Positions 25,661-39,132 are shown, numbered from the stretch's first letter. The stretch: 64,000 bases of DNA from Mustelus asterias (GCF_964213995.1 NC_135807.1:96844001-96908000); one strand, 5' to 3'. Translations and numbers: made by a program. The notes: a model not told the origin generated them from the sequence alone.

Positions 25661-26982
25661 TCCCATTGGTAAGACGCAGCATGGGTTCATGAAGGGCAGG
25701 TCATGTTTGACTAACTTGGTGGAATTCTTTGAGAACATTACATGTGCAGTGGACAATGGGGAACCTGTGGATGTGGCGGATCTGGATTTCCAGAAGGCAT
25801 TTGACAAGGTGCCACACCAAAGACCGCTACATAAGATAAAGGTGCACAGTGTTATGGGTAATGTATTAGCATGGATAGAGGATTGGTTAACTAACAGAAA
25901 GCAAAGAGTGGGGATAAATGGGTGTTTTTCTGGTTGGCGATCAGTGATTAGTGGTGTGCCTCAGAGATCAGTGTTGGGACCACACTTGTTTACGATTTAC
26001 ATAGATGATTTGGAGTTGGGGTCCAAGTGTAGTGTGTCAAAATTCGCAAATGACACTAAGATGGGTGGAAGAGCAAAGTGTGCAGAGGACGCTGAAAGTC
26101 TGCAAAGGGATATAGATAATCTAAGTGAGTGGGCGAGGGACTGGCAGATGGAGTACAATGTTGGTAAATGTGAGGTCATCCATTTTGGTAGGAATAACAG
26201 CAAAATGGACTATTATTTAAATGGTAAAAAATTGCAGCATGCTACTGTGCAGAGGGACCTGGGTGTCCTTGTGCAGGAATCTCAAGGAATTGGTTTGCAG
26301 GTGCAGCAGGTAATCAAGAAGGCAAATGGAATTTTGTCCTTCATTGCTCAAGGGATGGAGTTTAAAAACAGCGAGATTATGTTGCAGTTGTATAAGGTGC
26401 TGGTGAGGCCACACCTGGAGTAGTGTGTACAGTTTTGGTCTCCTTACTTGAGAAAGGATATACTGGCACTGGAGGGGGTGCAGAGGAGATTCACTAGGTT
26501 GATTCCGGAGTTGAGAGGGTTGGCGTACGAGAAGAGACTGAGTAGATCGGGGCTATACTCATTGAAATTCAGAAGAATGAGGGGAGATCTTATAGAAACA
26601 TATAAGATTATGAAGGGAATAGATAAGATAGAAGCAGGGAAGTTGTTTCCACTGGCGGGTGAAACTAGAACTAGGGGGCATGGCCTCAAAATAAGGGGGA
26701 GCAGATTTAGGACTGAGTTGAGGAGGAACTTCTTCACACAAAGGGTTGTGAATCTGTGGAATTCCCTGCCCAGTGAAGCAGTTGAGGCTACCTCATTGAA
26801 TGTTTTTAAGGCAAGGATAGGTAAATTTTTGAACAGTAAAGGAATTACGGGTTATGGTGAGCGGGTGGGTAAGTGGAGCTGGGTCGACAAAAAAAATCAG
26901 CCATGATCTTATTGAATGGCGGAACAGACTCAAGGGGCCAGATGGCCTACTCCTGCTCCTAGTTCTTATGTTTGTTCTTATG
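25661..26982 (+). mobile_element. CR1 LINE, 5'-truncated, near-identical to 681-1834; premature TAG at 26421-26423
   Basis: QHGFMKGRSCLTNL, DFQKAFDKVPH, YIDD; same 3' UTR. Confidence 0.95.
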
Positions 26983-28484
26983 ATTCTCATCAACTCTCAG
27001 ATGCACCATGGAAATTATTCTTTCTGGTTGAATCACAGCTTGGTATCATGGTCACCATTATTGACGCTAGCTTTATATTCCAGATTTGTTAATTATTCCA
27101 GATTAATTGAATTTGAACCTATGTCCCCAGAGCATGAAGCTGGGCCTTTGGATTACTAGTGCAGTGACACAATGACTACACCACCATCTCTGCTTGACAG
27201 CATGACTTCTGCTAAATTTACCGACTGTAATACTGACATACTACAGTTTGCCTTAACATGTGATCCTCCTCCTTCTAAATCTCACCCTGGCAAATTCATT
27301 CACAAAGTTCAGAGCTCACACAGCCCCTATAACTTTCCATTTCTACTATCACAAACAGTGACTCATCTGCTCCATAGTACTACTTTTTGAACTAGTTATT
27401 CACTGTTTATTTTGTATAAATATTGGAGAGGTCCCATTAGCTGAATAACTCACAACACAATGTTTAACTTGGCTTAATCAGATTGGGCCTGTACACAATA
27501 ACCATGATCTACAATCACTACTTAAATGCTAGTTGGTACCTTCTTGAATAATTATAGCCCCATAGGCATTACAATAACTAAGCCTTTTATAAGTTACACT
27601 AACTAGTTCAATGTGCTAAATTGACCAGTAGGGTTACACTGACCTGTATAACCACACACCCTCAAAATAAAGAATTTGCATTTTGATAATGCCTTGTAGG
27701 CCCTCAGAAGTCCGAGAGTGTTATACAGCCAATGAAGGAAAGTCTGAGGTAACGTAGAGAAAATGTGGCAGCAAATTTACACATAGCAAGACCCCAAATA
27801 GTCATGAGATAAAGATCATCCAGGATACCATTTTTGAACATTGGCATCAAATATTTAATATCCAGGAAGTGGGTGGAAGCAGTGAAGAACAAAAGGTACC
27901 CGAATTTAGCATCGCATGTGAAAGATATCAACTCCAACAGTGCAGTACTCCCTCAATACTGCTTTAAAGTATCCATTTACATTGAGCACTTCCATCCCAT
28001 CATTTTTTGAACCAGGTTGAGAGCGCCAGCCAGAACTGCAATTCCAGAGTAATCGGCACTAACTGATGGACTCTTAGGTCAGTGGAAGACTGGTGATAAT
28101 TCACTGCATCATGAGCCTTCTTACCATGCACAACACCAGGGCCATTGTGTGATTTCAAGAAGAAATTAGATAAAGCTCTTGGCGGTGAAGGGATCAAGGG
28201 ATGGGGGCGGAGGGTGAAGGGATCAAGGGATTGGGGGATGGTGGTGGGGGTGATGGAGAAGGAAGACGAGGTCTGGATATTGAATATGATCAGCCATGAT
28301 CAAAATGAATGGCAGAGCAAACTTGAAGGGCTGAATGGCCTACTCCTGCTTCTATTTTCTGTTTCTATGGAGTTTGCATGTTCTCACCGTGTCTGTGTTG
28401 GGGGGTGGGGGGCTGGGTGAGATGCTGTTGCGATGCTGTTTCGAGAATTGGCGCAGACTCGATGGGTCGAATGGCCTCCTCCTG

Positions 28485-28654
28485 AACAGTAAGAAGTTTA
28501 ACAACACCAGGTTAAAGTCCAACAGGCTTATTTGATAGCAAAAGCCACACTTTTGCTAGTGGCTTTTGCTACCAAATAAACCTGTTGGACTTTAACCTGG
28601 TGTTGTTGAACATCTTACTGTGTTTATCCCAGTCCAACGCCGGCATCTCCACAT
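28485..28654 (+). mobile_element. PLE family A hairpin insertion inside an HE1-like SINE
   Basis: About 62-bp inverted arms with about 10-nt spacer plus tail; TSD CTCCTCCTG at 28476 and 28655. Confidence 0.85.
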
Positions 28655-28878
28655 CTCCTCCTGCACTGCAGGGTTTCTAACAATTTGACCAATATAATCA
28701 CCATTTATATAACTCTTGTTTACTTCCTGTAGTTACATAACCAGAATAACCTTGAAGCCCTACAGTGACCTCCAAGCATCACAGTAAGTGATTAGAAGCT
28801 GGAATAAAGGCTGGACTCCAGTGCTGACCATCCCCAGGTAGCCCTGGCTGATTACACTGAGCGCCCTGACCCACTGAC

Positions 28879-28929
28879 CTGGCTCAGCCGCCCCCTCTTC
28901 ACACTCGCCACCAGGCAACGCGCCGCCAT
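28879..28929 (-). CDS. SDHA: Succinate dehydrogenase flavoprotein subunit, coding exon 1 (mitochondrial presequence MAARCLVASVKRGRLSQ)
   Basis: ATG in CAAGATGGCGGCG context within a CpG-containing patch; Arg-rich, acid-free presequence; CAG|GTCAGT phase-0 donor compatible with exon 2. Confidence 0.85.
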
Positions 28930-29330
28930 CTTGCAACAGCCGGCGCAGGCGAACTGCCAGCAGACCGGCTCATTCCACACCCCGGGAGGGGAGTTGGACC
29001 AGTCCACTGCTGGACGGGGGGGCCGGATCAATCCATCGCCAGACAGGGGGGTCGGATCATCCAATTTCTGAAGGGGGAATATTCCCATCCGGGCCATTGC
29101 AGGTAAAGTGGGAAATAAGTAAACACTGGAGCTCCAAATCGATCAGGTAAAACTGTGAAAAGCACCGTCTACTATTCAATCTCTGCAGCGTGTTAGCCCT
29201 CCGACTCACATCGCTGCTCACGGCCGCGGGTCAGTAACTAACTGCGCCACCGAAATAAGAAATGGAGAGAGTGAGGTCCACCCTGGCGGGGAGAGATTCT
29301 GCGCTGCAATACTGCAGAGGGCCATGAGAA
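28900..29330. promoter_or_regulatory. Bidirectional SDHA/CCDC127 promoter with probable non-coding CCDC127 exon 1
   Basis: Local CpG/GC enrichment; YY1 motif AAGATGGCGGC over the SDHA ATG; NRF1-like GCGCAGGCG near 28943; plus-strand donors CAG|GTAAAG (29102) and CAG|GTAAAA (29146). Confidence 0.65.
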
Positions 29331-29363
29331 AGGGAAAAGCAAAACACCCGGACATTCAGCACG

Positions 29364-29768
29364 GTCACTGGGAGGGTACAGGGGGCAGAGGGAGAGTCAC
29401 TGGGAGGGTACAGGGGGAGACACTGTGAGGGCACAGGGAGAGTCACTGGGAGGGTACAGGGGGAGACACTGGGGGCACAGGGAGAGTCACTGGGAGGGTA
29501 CAGGGGGAGACACTGTGAGGGCACAGGGAGAGTCACTGGGAGGGTACAGGGGGAGTCACTGGGAGGGTACAGGGGGAGACACTGTGAGGGTACAGGGGGA
29601 GACACTGTGAGGGTACAGGGGGAGACACTGTGGGTACAGGGGGAGACACTGAGGGTACAGGGGGAGACACTGTGGGGGCACAGGGGGAGACACTGTGGGG
29701 GCACGGGGAGAGTCACTGGGAGGGTACGGGGGAGACACTGTGGGGGCACAGGGAGAGTCACTGGGAGT
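29364..29768. repeat. G-rich tandem repeat (21-24-bp units)
   Basis: GGGAGAGTCACTGGGAGGGTACA / GGGGGAGACACTGTGAGGGCACA alternating units. Confidence 0.95.
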
Positions 29769-32426
29769 CATAGAGGTTTACAGCATGGAAACAGGCCTTT
29801 CGGCCCAACTTGTCCATGCTGCCCTTTTTTTAAAACCCCGAAGCTAATCCCGATTGCCTGCGTTTGGCCCATATCCCTCTGTACCCATCTTACCCATGTA
29901 ACTGTCTAAATGCTTTTTAAAAGACAAAATTGTACCCGCCTCTACTACTACCACCCTCAGCTTGGTTCAGACACTCACCACCCTCTGTGTGAAGAAATTG
30001 CCCCTCTGGACACTTTTGTAACTCTCACCTTGAACCCATGCCCTCTAGTTTTAGACTCCCCTACTTTTGGGAAAAGATATTGACTATCTAGCTGATCTAT
30101 GCCCCTCATTATTTTATAGACAACTATAAGATCACCCCCTCAGCCTTCTACGCTCCAGAGAAAAAAAGTCCCAGTCTTTCCAGCCTCTCCTTATAACGCC
30201 AACCATCAAGCATCCTAGTAAATCTTTTATGCACTCTTTCTAGTTTAATAATATCCTTTCTATAATAGGGTGACCAGAACTGTGCACAGTATTCCAAGTG
30301 TGGCCGTACCAACGTCTTGTACAACTTCAACTCCAACTCCTGTATTCAATGTTCTGACCAATGAAACCAAGAATGCTGAAATGCCTTCTTCACCACTCTG
30401 TCCACCTGTGACTCCACTTTCAAGGAGCTCTGAACATATACCCCTAGATCTCTTTGTTCTGTAACTCTCCCCAACGCCCTACCATTAACTGAGTAAGTCC
30501 CGCCCTGGTTCAGTCTACCAAAATGCATCACCTCGCATTTATCTGAATTAAACTCCATCTGCCATTCGCCAGCCCACTGCCCAATTGATCAAGATCCCGT
30601 TGCAATTGGAGATAACGTTCTTCACTGTCCACTATGCCACCATTCTTGGTGTCATCTGCAAACTTACTAACCATGCCTCCTATATTCTCATCCAAATCAT
30701 TAATATAAATGACAAATAACAGTGGACCCAGCACTGATCCCTGAGGCACACCGCTAGTCACTGACCTCCAGTTTGAAAAATAATCGTCTACAACCACCCT
30801 CTGGCTTCTGCCAAGAAGCCAATTTTGTATCCATTTAGATACCTCATCCTGGATCCCGTGAGATTTAACCTTATGCAACAACCTACCATGCGGTACCTTG
30901 TCAAAGTCCATGTAGACAAAATCAACTGCACTGCCCTCATCTACCTTCTTGGTTACCCCTTCAAAAAACTCAATCAAATTTGTGAGACATGATTTTCCAC
31001 TCAAAGCCATGCTGACTGTCCCTAATCAGTCCTTGCGTCTCTAAATGCCTGTAGATCCTGTCTCTCAAAATACCTTCCAACAATTTACCCACCACAGATG
31101 TGAGGCTCACTGGCTTGTAGTTCCCAGGCTTTTCCCTGCAGCCCTTTTTAAAGAAAGGCACAACATTTGCCACCCTCCAATCTTCAGGCACCTCACCCGT
31201 GACTATTGATGATTCAAATATCTCTGCGAGGGGATCTGCAATTTCCTCCCTAGTCTCCCACATGTCCTGGGATACACTTCATCAGGTCCCGGGGATTTAT
31301 CTACCTTGATGCGCTTCTTTCTCTGTAATATGGATACTCCTCAAGACATCACTATTTATTTTCCCAAGTTCCCTAACAGCCATGCTTTTCTCAACAGTAA
31401 ATACTGATGAGAAATATTCATTTAGGATCTCACCCATCTCTTGTGGGTCCGCACATAGATGACCTTGTGGATTCTTAAGAGGCCCTACTCTCTCCCTTGT
31501 ATGTATTTGTAGAAGTTCTTTGGATTCTCCTTGGCCTTATCTGCCAAAGCAATCTCGTGTCCCCTTTTTGCCCTCCTGATTTCTCTCTTAACTCTACTCC
31601 TACACCCGCTATACTCTTCAAGGGATTCACTTGATCCCAGCTGCCTATGCATGTCATGTGCCTCCTTCTTCTTCTTGACCAGGGCCTCAATATCCCAAGT
31701 CATCCAGGGTTCCCTACTTCTGCCAGCCTTGCCCTTCACTCTTAAGAGGAATGTGCTTACCCTGAACTCTGGTTAACACACTTTTGAAAGCGTGCCACTT
31801 ACCAGACGTCCCTTTGCCTTCCCACAGACTCCCCCAATTAACTTTTGAAAGTTCCTGCCTGATACTATCAAAATTGGCCATGCCCCAATTTAGAATTTTA
31901 ACTTCTGGGCCAGACCTATCATTCTCCATAGCTATCTTAAAACTAATAGAATTATGGTCACTGGTCCCAAAGTGATCCCTCACTAACATTTCTGTCACTT
32001 GCCCTTCTTTATTTCCCAAGAGGAGGTCAAGTTTTGCCCCCTCTCTAGTCGGGCCATCCACATACTGAATGAGAAATTCCTCCTGAATACACTCAACAAA
32101 TTTCTCTCCATCCAACCCTCTAATACTATGGCTGTCCCAGTCAATGTTGGGAAAGATAAAATCCCCTACTATTACCACCTTATTTTTCTTGGCGCTATGT
32201 GTAATCTCCTTACATATTTGTTCCTCAATTCCCACCGACTATTTGGGAGCCTAAAGTACAACCCTATCAAAGTGATTTCCCCCTTCTTATTTATCAGTTC
32301 TAACCATATAGACTCAGTGGCCGAACTCTCGGATATATACCCTCTCAGTACTGCCGTGATGTTTTCCCTAATCAAAAGTGAAACTCCCCCTCCTCTCTTA
32401 CCTCCTGTTCTATCTTTCCAATAGCA
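29769..32426 (-). mobile_element. CR1 LINE, about 2.65 kb, most of ORF2, frameshifted
   Basis: GGGVSLLIRENI, VVIVGDF, SDHNSI (APE endonuclease); NYKPVSLTS, SGVPQGSVLGP, FADD (RT). Confidence 0.95.
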
Positions 32427-33505
32427 ACACAGGGGGACTTGGGAGTGTACAGGGGGAGACACTGTGGGAGCAGAGGGGGAGGCACTGCAGGGGGCAGAGG
32501 GTGGGGAACCACAGCAGGGGGCAGAGGGGGGAGGCACCACGGGGGGCAGAGGGGGGAAGCACCGCGGGGGGCAGAGGGGGGAGGCACCGCGGGGGGCAGA
32601 GGGGGGAGGCACCGCGGGGGGCAGAGGGGGGAGGCACCACGGGGGGCAGAGGGGGGAGGCACCGCGGGAGGCAGAGGGGGGAGGCACCACGGGGGGCAGA
32701 GGGGGGAGGCACCGCGGGGGGCAGAGGGGGGAGGCACCGCGGGGGGCAGAGGGGGGAGGCACCACGGGGGGCAGAGGGGGGAGGCACCGCGGGGGGCAGA
32801 GGAGGGAGGCACCGCGGGGGGCAGAGGGGGGAGGCACCGCGGGAGGCAGAGGGGGGAGGCACCGCGGGGGGCAGAGGGGGGAGGCACCGCGGGGGGCAGA
32901 GGGGGGAGGCACCGCGGGGGGCAGAGGGGGGAGGCACCGCAGGAGGCAGAGGGGGGAGGCACCGCGGAGCCAGAGGGGGGAGGCACCGCGGGGGGCAGAG
33001 GGGGGAGGCACCGCGGGGGGCAGAGGGGGGAGGCACCGCGGGGGGCAGAGGGGGGAGGCACCGCGGGGGGCAGAGGGGGGAGGCACCGCGGGGGGCAGAG
33101 GGGGGAGGCACCGCGGGGGGCAGAGGGGGGAGGCACCGCGGGGGGCAGAGGGGGGAGGCACCGCGGGGGGCAGAGGGGGGAGGCACCGCGGGGGGCAGAG
33201 GGGGGAGGCACCGCGGGGGGCAGAGGGGGGAGGCACCGCGGGGGGCAGAGGGGGGAGGCACCGCGGGGGGCAGAGGGGGGAGGCACCGCGGGGGGAGGCA
33301 CCGCGGGGGGCAGAGGGGGGAGGCACCGCGGGGGGCAGAGGGGGGAGGCACCGCGGGGGGCAGAGGGGGGAGGCACCACGGGGGGCAGGGGGGGGAGGCA
33401 CCGTGGGGGGCAGAGGGGGGAGGCACCGCGGGGGGCAGAGGGGGGAGGCACCGCGGGGGGCAGGGGGCGGAGGCACCGTGGGGGGCAGAGGGGGGAGGCA
33501 CTGTG
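32427..33505. repeat. 25-bp G/CpG-rich minisatellite, about 40 copies, G-quadruplex-prone
   Basis: Unit GGGGGGCAGAGGGGGGAGGCACCGC. Confidence 0.97.
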
Positions 33506-33744
33506 TGGGTAAAAATGGTGGTGGTCAACAGAGAGGGGGACACAGGTGGGGGTATGGAGAGAAAGACCCTGGGAAGGGATTTAAAGAGAGAGAAACACTG
33601 TGGGACAGGAGTATAGAGAGAGACGCTGGGGTGGGGTTACAGAGAGACTCTGCGGAGCGGGGATTACAGAGAAGTGCAGTAGGGAGGCTATACAGAGACA
33701 CTAAGTGAGGAGGAAAGGTATAGAGAGACACTCTGGGTAGACAA

Positions 33745-35225
33745 AATTGGAGTTCATGGGATTGGGGGTAATATACTGATATGGGTTGAGAATTGGCTAA
33801 CAGATAGAAAACAGCAAGTAGGGCGAAATGGGTCATCCTCAGGATGGCAGGCTGTGACCAATAAAAGGCAAGGATCAGTGCTTGAGCCCCAGCTGTTCGC
33901 AGTCTATATAAACGATTTGGATGTGGGGACCAAATATCGTTCTAAATTTGCTGATGACATTAAACTAGATGTGAACTTAAGTTGTGGGGATTCAAGGAGG
34001 CTTTAAAGGGACTTGGACAGGTTGAGTGAGTAATCAAGAAAATGGTGGATGGAATATAATGTTAATAAGTGTAAAGTTATCCACTTTGTTAGGATAACAG
34101 AAAGGTAGAGTATTTCTTAAATGATTCACCAGGCGAATTCTTGGAATGGGAGGATTGTCGTGTGAGGAGAGGTTAAGTCAACTCAGCCTGTATTCTGTAG
34201 AGTTCAGATGAATGAGAAGGAATCTCACTGAAATCTTTAAACTTCTGACGGGGCTGGACAGACTGGACGTAGGGACAATGTTTCCTCTGATTGAGGTGTT
34301 TAGAACAAGAAGTCATGGTCTCAGGATATGGTATAAGCCATTTAGAACTGAGATGAAGAGAATGTGTTTAATGAGGTTAGTGAACCAGTGGAATTATCTA
34401 CCACAGAATGCTATGGATTAAGTCACTGAATGTATTTAAGAAAGAGATAGATTTCTAGACACTAAAGATGTCAATGGGGTGGGGATATGGCGCTGAGATA
34501 GAGAATTAGCCATGATCATGTTGAATGGTGAAGCAGACTAGATGGATTGTATGGCCTACTCCTGTTATTTTCTATGTGAGAGGTTGGGAGTGTTGATGTC
34601 CAAAGGGACTTGGGTGCTTTGTCCATGAGTCAATGAAAGCTAGCATGCAGGTGTAGCAAGCCATGAAGAAGGCAAATGGTTTGTTGGTCTTGATCGCAAG
34701 GGGATTTGAGAACAGGAGCAAAAATATGTTGCTGCCATTGTATAGAGCCTTGGTGTGCAGTTTTGCCATTGAGGGATTCACCAGACAAATCCCTGGGATG
34801 GCAAGATTGTCGTACAAGGAGATATTGAGGAAACTAAGCATGTATTATCTAGGGTTTCAAAAAATGAGAAGTGATCGCAATGAAACTTAGAAAGTTCTTA
34901 CAGGGTGTGACAGTTGATGTAGGGTGTTTCTCCCAGCTGGTGAGTCTAGAACCAGGGGACACAGTCTCAGAATAAGGGGCAGGTCATTTAAGACTGAAAT
35001 GAGGAGGAATTTCTTCACTCAGAGGGTGATGAACCTTTGGAATTCTCTAACCCAGAGGGCTGTAGAAGCTTGGCCATTGAGCATGCTCAAGCCAAAAATC
35101 AATAGACTAAGGGATATAGGGATAGTGAGGAAAATGGTGCAAGAGATAGATGATCAGCCATGATCTGTTTGTATAGCTTAGCATGTCAGATAGGCCAAAT
35201 AGCCTACTCCTGCTTCTATGTTCTT
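33745..35225 (+). mobile_element. Two degraded CR1 3' fragments in tandem
   Basis: TTTGCTGATGAC, MRRNLTEIFK, RGHSLRIRGRSFKTEMRRNFFTQRV; 3' tails near 34575 and 35225. Confidence 0.8.
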
Positions 35226-35614
35226 AGGAGGGGACAAATATGGGGAAAGGGTATTAGAACTACTGGGGAGAAATCCAATAAAATACTTAAATGTTAAATT
35301 ATGATCTAACCTTTGTTTAGTTGTTCACGGGATGTGGGTGACACTGGCAAGGCCACATATGTTGTCCACCCCTAAATGCTTAATTGCCTTTGAGAATGTG
35401 GTGGTGAGTCACCTTGAACTGCTGCAGTCCATGTGGTGTAGTTGTACCCAGAGTACTATTAGAGAAAACGTTCCAGGATTTTGATCCAGCAAGAGTGAAG
35501 GAACAGTGATATGGTTCTAAGTCCAGATGGAAGCTTGGATGGAAACTTGCAGCTAGTGGTGTTCATGCACCTCCTGCCCTATAATTTCTAGGTGGTAGGG
35601 TTGTGGATTTGTCA

Positions 35615-36992
35615 CTATCCTATCTCCTTCCACTACCTCCCTCGGCAGCAAGTTCCAGGCACCCACCACCCTCTGTGTAAAAAAACTTGCTTTGTACATC
35701 TCCTTTAAACCTTGCCCCTCGCATCTTAAACCTGTGCCTCCGAGTAATTGACTCTTCCACCTGGGGAAAAAGCTTCTGACTATCCACTCTGTCCATGCCC
35801 CTCATAATCTTGTAGACTTCTATCAGGTCGCCCCTCAACTTCCATCATTCCAGTGAGGACAAACCAAGTTTCTCCAACCTCTCCTCATAGCTAATGCCCT
35901 CCATACCAGGCAACATCCTGATAAATCTTTCCAAAGCCTCCACATCCTTCTGGCAGTGTGGCACCAGAATTGAACACTATATTCCAAGTGTGGCCTAACT
36001 AAGGTTCTCAAACACTGCAATATGATTTGCCAATTTTTAAACTTGGTGCCCCAGCCGATGAAGGCAAGCATGCCGTATGCCTTCTTGACTACCTTCGCCA
36101 CCTGCGTTACCACTTTCAGTGACCTGTGAACCTGTACAACCAGATCCCTCTGCCTATCAATACTCTTAAGGGTTCTGCCACTTACTGTATATTTCCTATC
36201 TCTGTTCGACCTTCCAAAATGCATTACCTCACATTTGTCCGGATTAAACTCCATCTGCCATCTCTCTGCCCAAGTCTCCAACTGATCTATATCCTGCTGT
36301 ATCCTCTGATGGTCCTCATCGCTATCGGCAAATCCACCAACCTTTGTGTCGTCCGCAAACTTACTAATCAAACCAGTTACATTTTCCTCCAAATCATTTA
36401 TATATATATATTACAAACAGCAAATGTCCCAGCACTGATTCCTGAGGAATGCCACTTGTCACAGCCCTCCATTCAGAAACGCACCCTTCCACTGCTATCC
36501 TCTGTCTTCTATGACCGAGCCAGTTTTGTACCCACCTTGCCAGCTCACCTCTGATCCCATGCGACTTCACCTTCTGCACCAGTCTGCCATGAAGGACCCT
36601 GTCAGAGGCCTTACTGATGTCCGTGTCGACAACATCCACTGCCCTACCCTCATCAATCATCTTCGTCACTTCCTCGAAAAACTCAATCAAGTTATTGAGA
36701 TACAACCTCCCCATCACAAAACCATGTTGTCTCTCGCTAATACGTCCACTTATTTCCAAGTGGGAGTAAATCCTCTGTAATAATTTCCCTACCACTGATG
36801 TAAGGCTCACCGGCCTGTAATTACCTGCATTATTCTTGCTACCCTTCTTAAACAAAGGAACAACATTGGCTGTTCTCCAATCCTCTGGGACCTCCCCTGT
36901 AGCCAGTGAGGATACAAAGATTTCTCTCAAGGCCCCAGCAATTTCCTCCCTTGCCTCTCTCAGTATTCTGGGGTATACCCCATCAGGCCCTG
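35615..36992 (-). mobile_element. CR1 LINE RT region
   Basis: NYRPVSLTSVVGKL, SKFADDTK, MRGDLIEVYKIMRG. Confidence 0.92.
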
Positions 36993-36994
36993 GG

Positions 36995-37750
36995 AAAAGG
37001 GCTGACTAGCAGACACAATCTCTGAGTCTGCGCTATCAGAATTTTGTACATTTTAATGAGATTGCCTCTCATTCTTCTAAACTCCAGAGAAAATAGACCT
37101 GGTTTGCTCAGCCTCTCATCATGGGACGGCACCCTCATGCCAGGATCAATTTTAGTGAACCTTTGCTGTATTGCCTCCAATGCAAGGAAATCTTGTATTG
37201 GGTGTGGAGGCTGAGACTGCACACAGTGCTGCAGATGTGGCGTCCCCAAAACCGTGTACAACCATAGCAAGACTTCTTTATTCCTGTGCTCCAATCCCCT
37301 TGCGATAGAGGCCAGCATGCCCTTTGCTAATTTCTTGCTGTGTTAACTTTTTATGAGCTTTGTACGAGCAGAAAAAGCTTGTTTGAACATCAACACTAAT
37401 AAGTTTCTCACCTTTTAAAAAAATATCTAGCTCTACTTTCAACTAAAGTGAATGATTTCACACTTCCTTACATTATAATCCATCTTGTTGCCCACTTACT
37501 TAACCTGTCTAAATTCTCTTTGCAGCCTCTGTGTGTCCTCCCCACAGCTTACCTTCACATCTGGTTTGGTTTCATCAGCAAAGTTAAATACGTTACTCTC
37601 TCTGCCTTCATCTAAGTCATCAATATAGATTGTAAAGTAGCTGAAGCCCCAGCTCTGACCTTTATAGTACTCTGCTATTCACTACTTGCCAACTTGAAAC
37701 AGTTTCATTTATGCCCACTCTCTGCTTAGCTGTTAACCAATCCTCTATCC
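36995..37750 (-). mobile_element. Older CR1 fragment
   Basis: ARGLEHRNKEV, LFSLEFRRMRGNLIKMYKIL. Confidence 0.8.
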
Positions 37751-38039
37751 ATGCTATTACTACCAACTGCATGCACACTCAACTTGCCCAATGCAACCAG
37801 TAAAGAGCCGGTGGGAGCAGGTCTGGGGAAGGGTCATGAAAAAGTTCTGGCCTCGAGTTAGTGTTTTTACTCTGATTTGTTTTTCTACTTGCTCCATATG
37901 TTTAATTTCTATTTCCAGTCAAAACATGTCAAGCATCAGTGTGCACTGAAAGGGAATTTGCACTGTGTGGGAGCATGGGCATGGATCAAAAGGAGATTCA
38001 GTAGGTTGAACATGGGCATGGGCATAATAGGAGGTTTCA

Positions 38040-38660
38040 GTAATAAGAAATGAAATTCCTGGAAATATGCTGCATGTCAGGCCACACTTGTACAGAGAGT
38101 TAACATTTCAAGTCAATTACCTTCCACCAGGGCTGGAAAATATTAGAGGTGTACAACGTTTAAGGAAGCATTGATTTAGGGGAAAGAATAAAAAAGAGCT
38201 GTGGTGTAGTAAAGGACAACACGTGACGATGGTGGAAGGCGAAAGGAGGCAATAATGAGACCAAAAAAATGGGTCAGGAGGAGGTGTAGGTAGTTACTGC
38301 AGAATACCAGAGGAGAAGTCTGATAAATCTGACCAAGGAGATGCCTCTAATAGCCTGGGAATGTGACGGAAGAAAGGCAGGTGAACCTCATGTTGTACAA
38401 ACCACCTCTTTGTTGACTGTACCAATAGGTGGTCCCCACTCCAAGCACCAGCCCACACCTACACTCGAGTGGCTCTGGTGCAGTCATCTTCCATTAATGG
38501 CATTTGCTGTCCAAGTGGCTGAGAATTAAAGTTATTACATTCAACATTAAGACTGAATAACTATTGTGCTGAGGAGAAAGATGAAGTGCTAGTGTTGAGC
38601 TTCATTGGAACAGAATAAAGATAAGTGTGAAAGTGAGATGGAGAATTGAACTGACAAGTG
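38040..38660 (-). mobile_element. Highly decayed PLE family B-like 3' region
   Basis: Degenerate pLTR at 38045-38135; GIY-YIG tail remnant (CSNEAQ...FIF...LNVECNN) near 38530-38615. Confidence 0.5.
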
Positions 38661-39132
38661 GTAAACCACAAACCTCGAGCAATGCTTTGGGATTCCAGGT
38701 TTGAGTCTCACCACGAAAGATGGCTACATTTGGATTTGAATTCTGAAATAAACATCGGCGATTGCACTTCCAACACATTTAACTGGTTTGGAACATCCTG
38801 GGATCATGAAAAGTGTTGCATAAATACCAATATCTAATATACACGTGAAAGTCGAAGTTTTGAAATGAACCTTTTTAGAAAGTTAAGATTTCAAGTCAAT
38901 TAATGCTTTTGAGGGGTTTACTTTCAACTAAAACATACCTGCCTGACACACCCAACCTGGCTCTCACCAGCCACTTATTAATCTGCTGCTGAGTTAGTGG
39001 GAGAGAAAGGTTGGGAAGAGGGACTGCCACGTGAGAGGGGTTGGGAAGAGAGGCTGGTGAGTTTGTGGAGGTGGGGAGGCAGGGGCCTTACTACAGCCTC
39101 TGTCAGTAGGGAATATAGCGAGGCTGAAACCT

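Noticed and set aside
29231-29909. Several Pro/Cys-rich ORFs next to the promoter
   Set aside because: Translations of the G-rich tandem repeat and CR1 tail
32172-33708. Six overlapping 357-434 aa Pro-rich or Gly/Arg-rich ORFs
   Set aside because: Artefacts of the stop-free 25-bp minisatellite read in all frames
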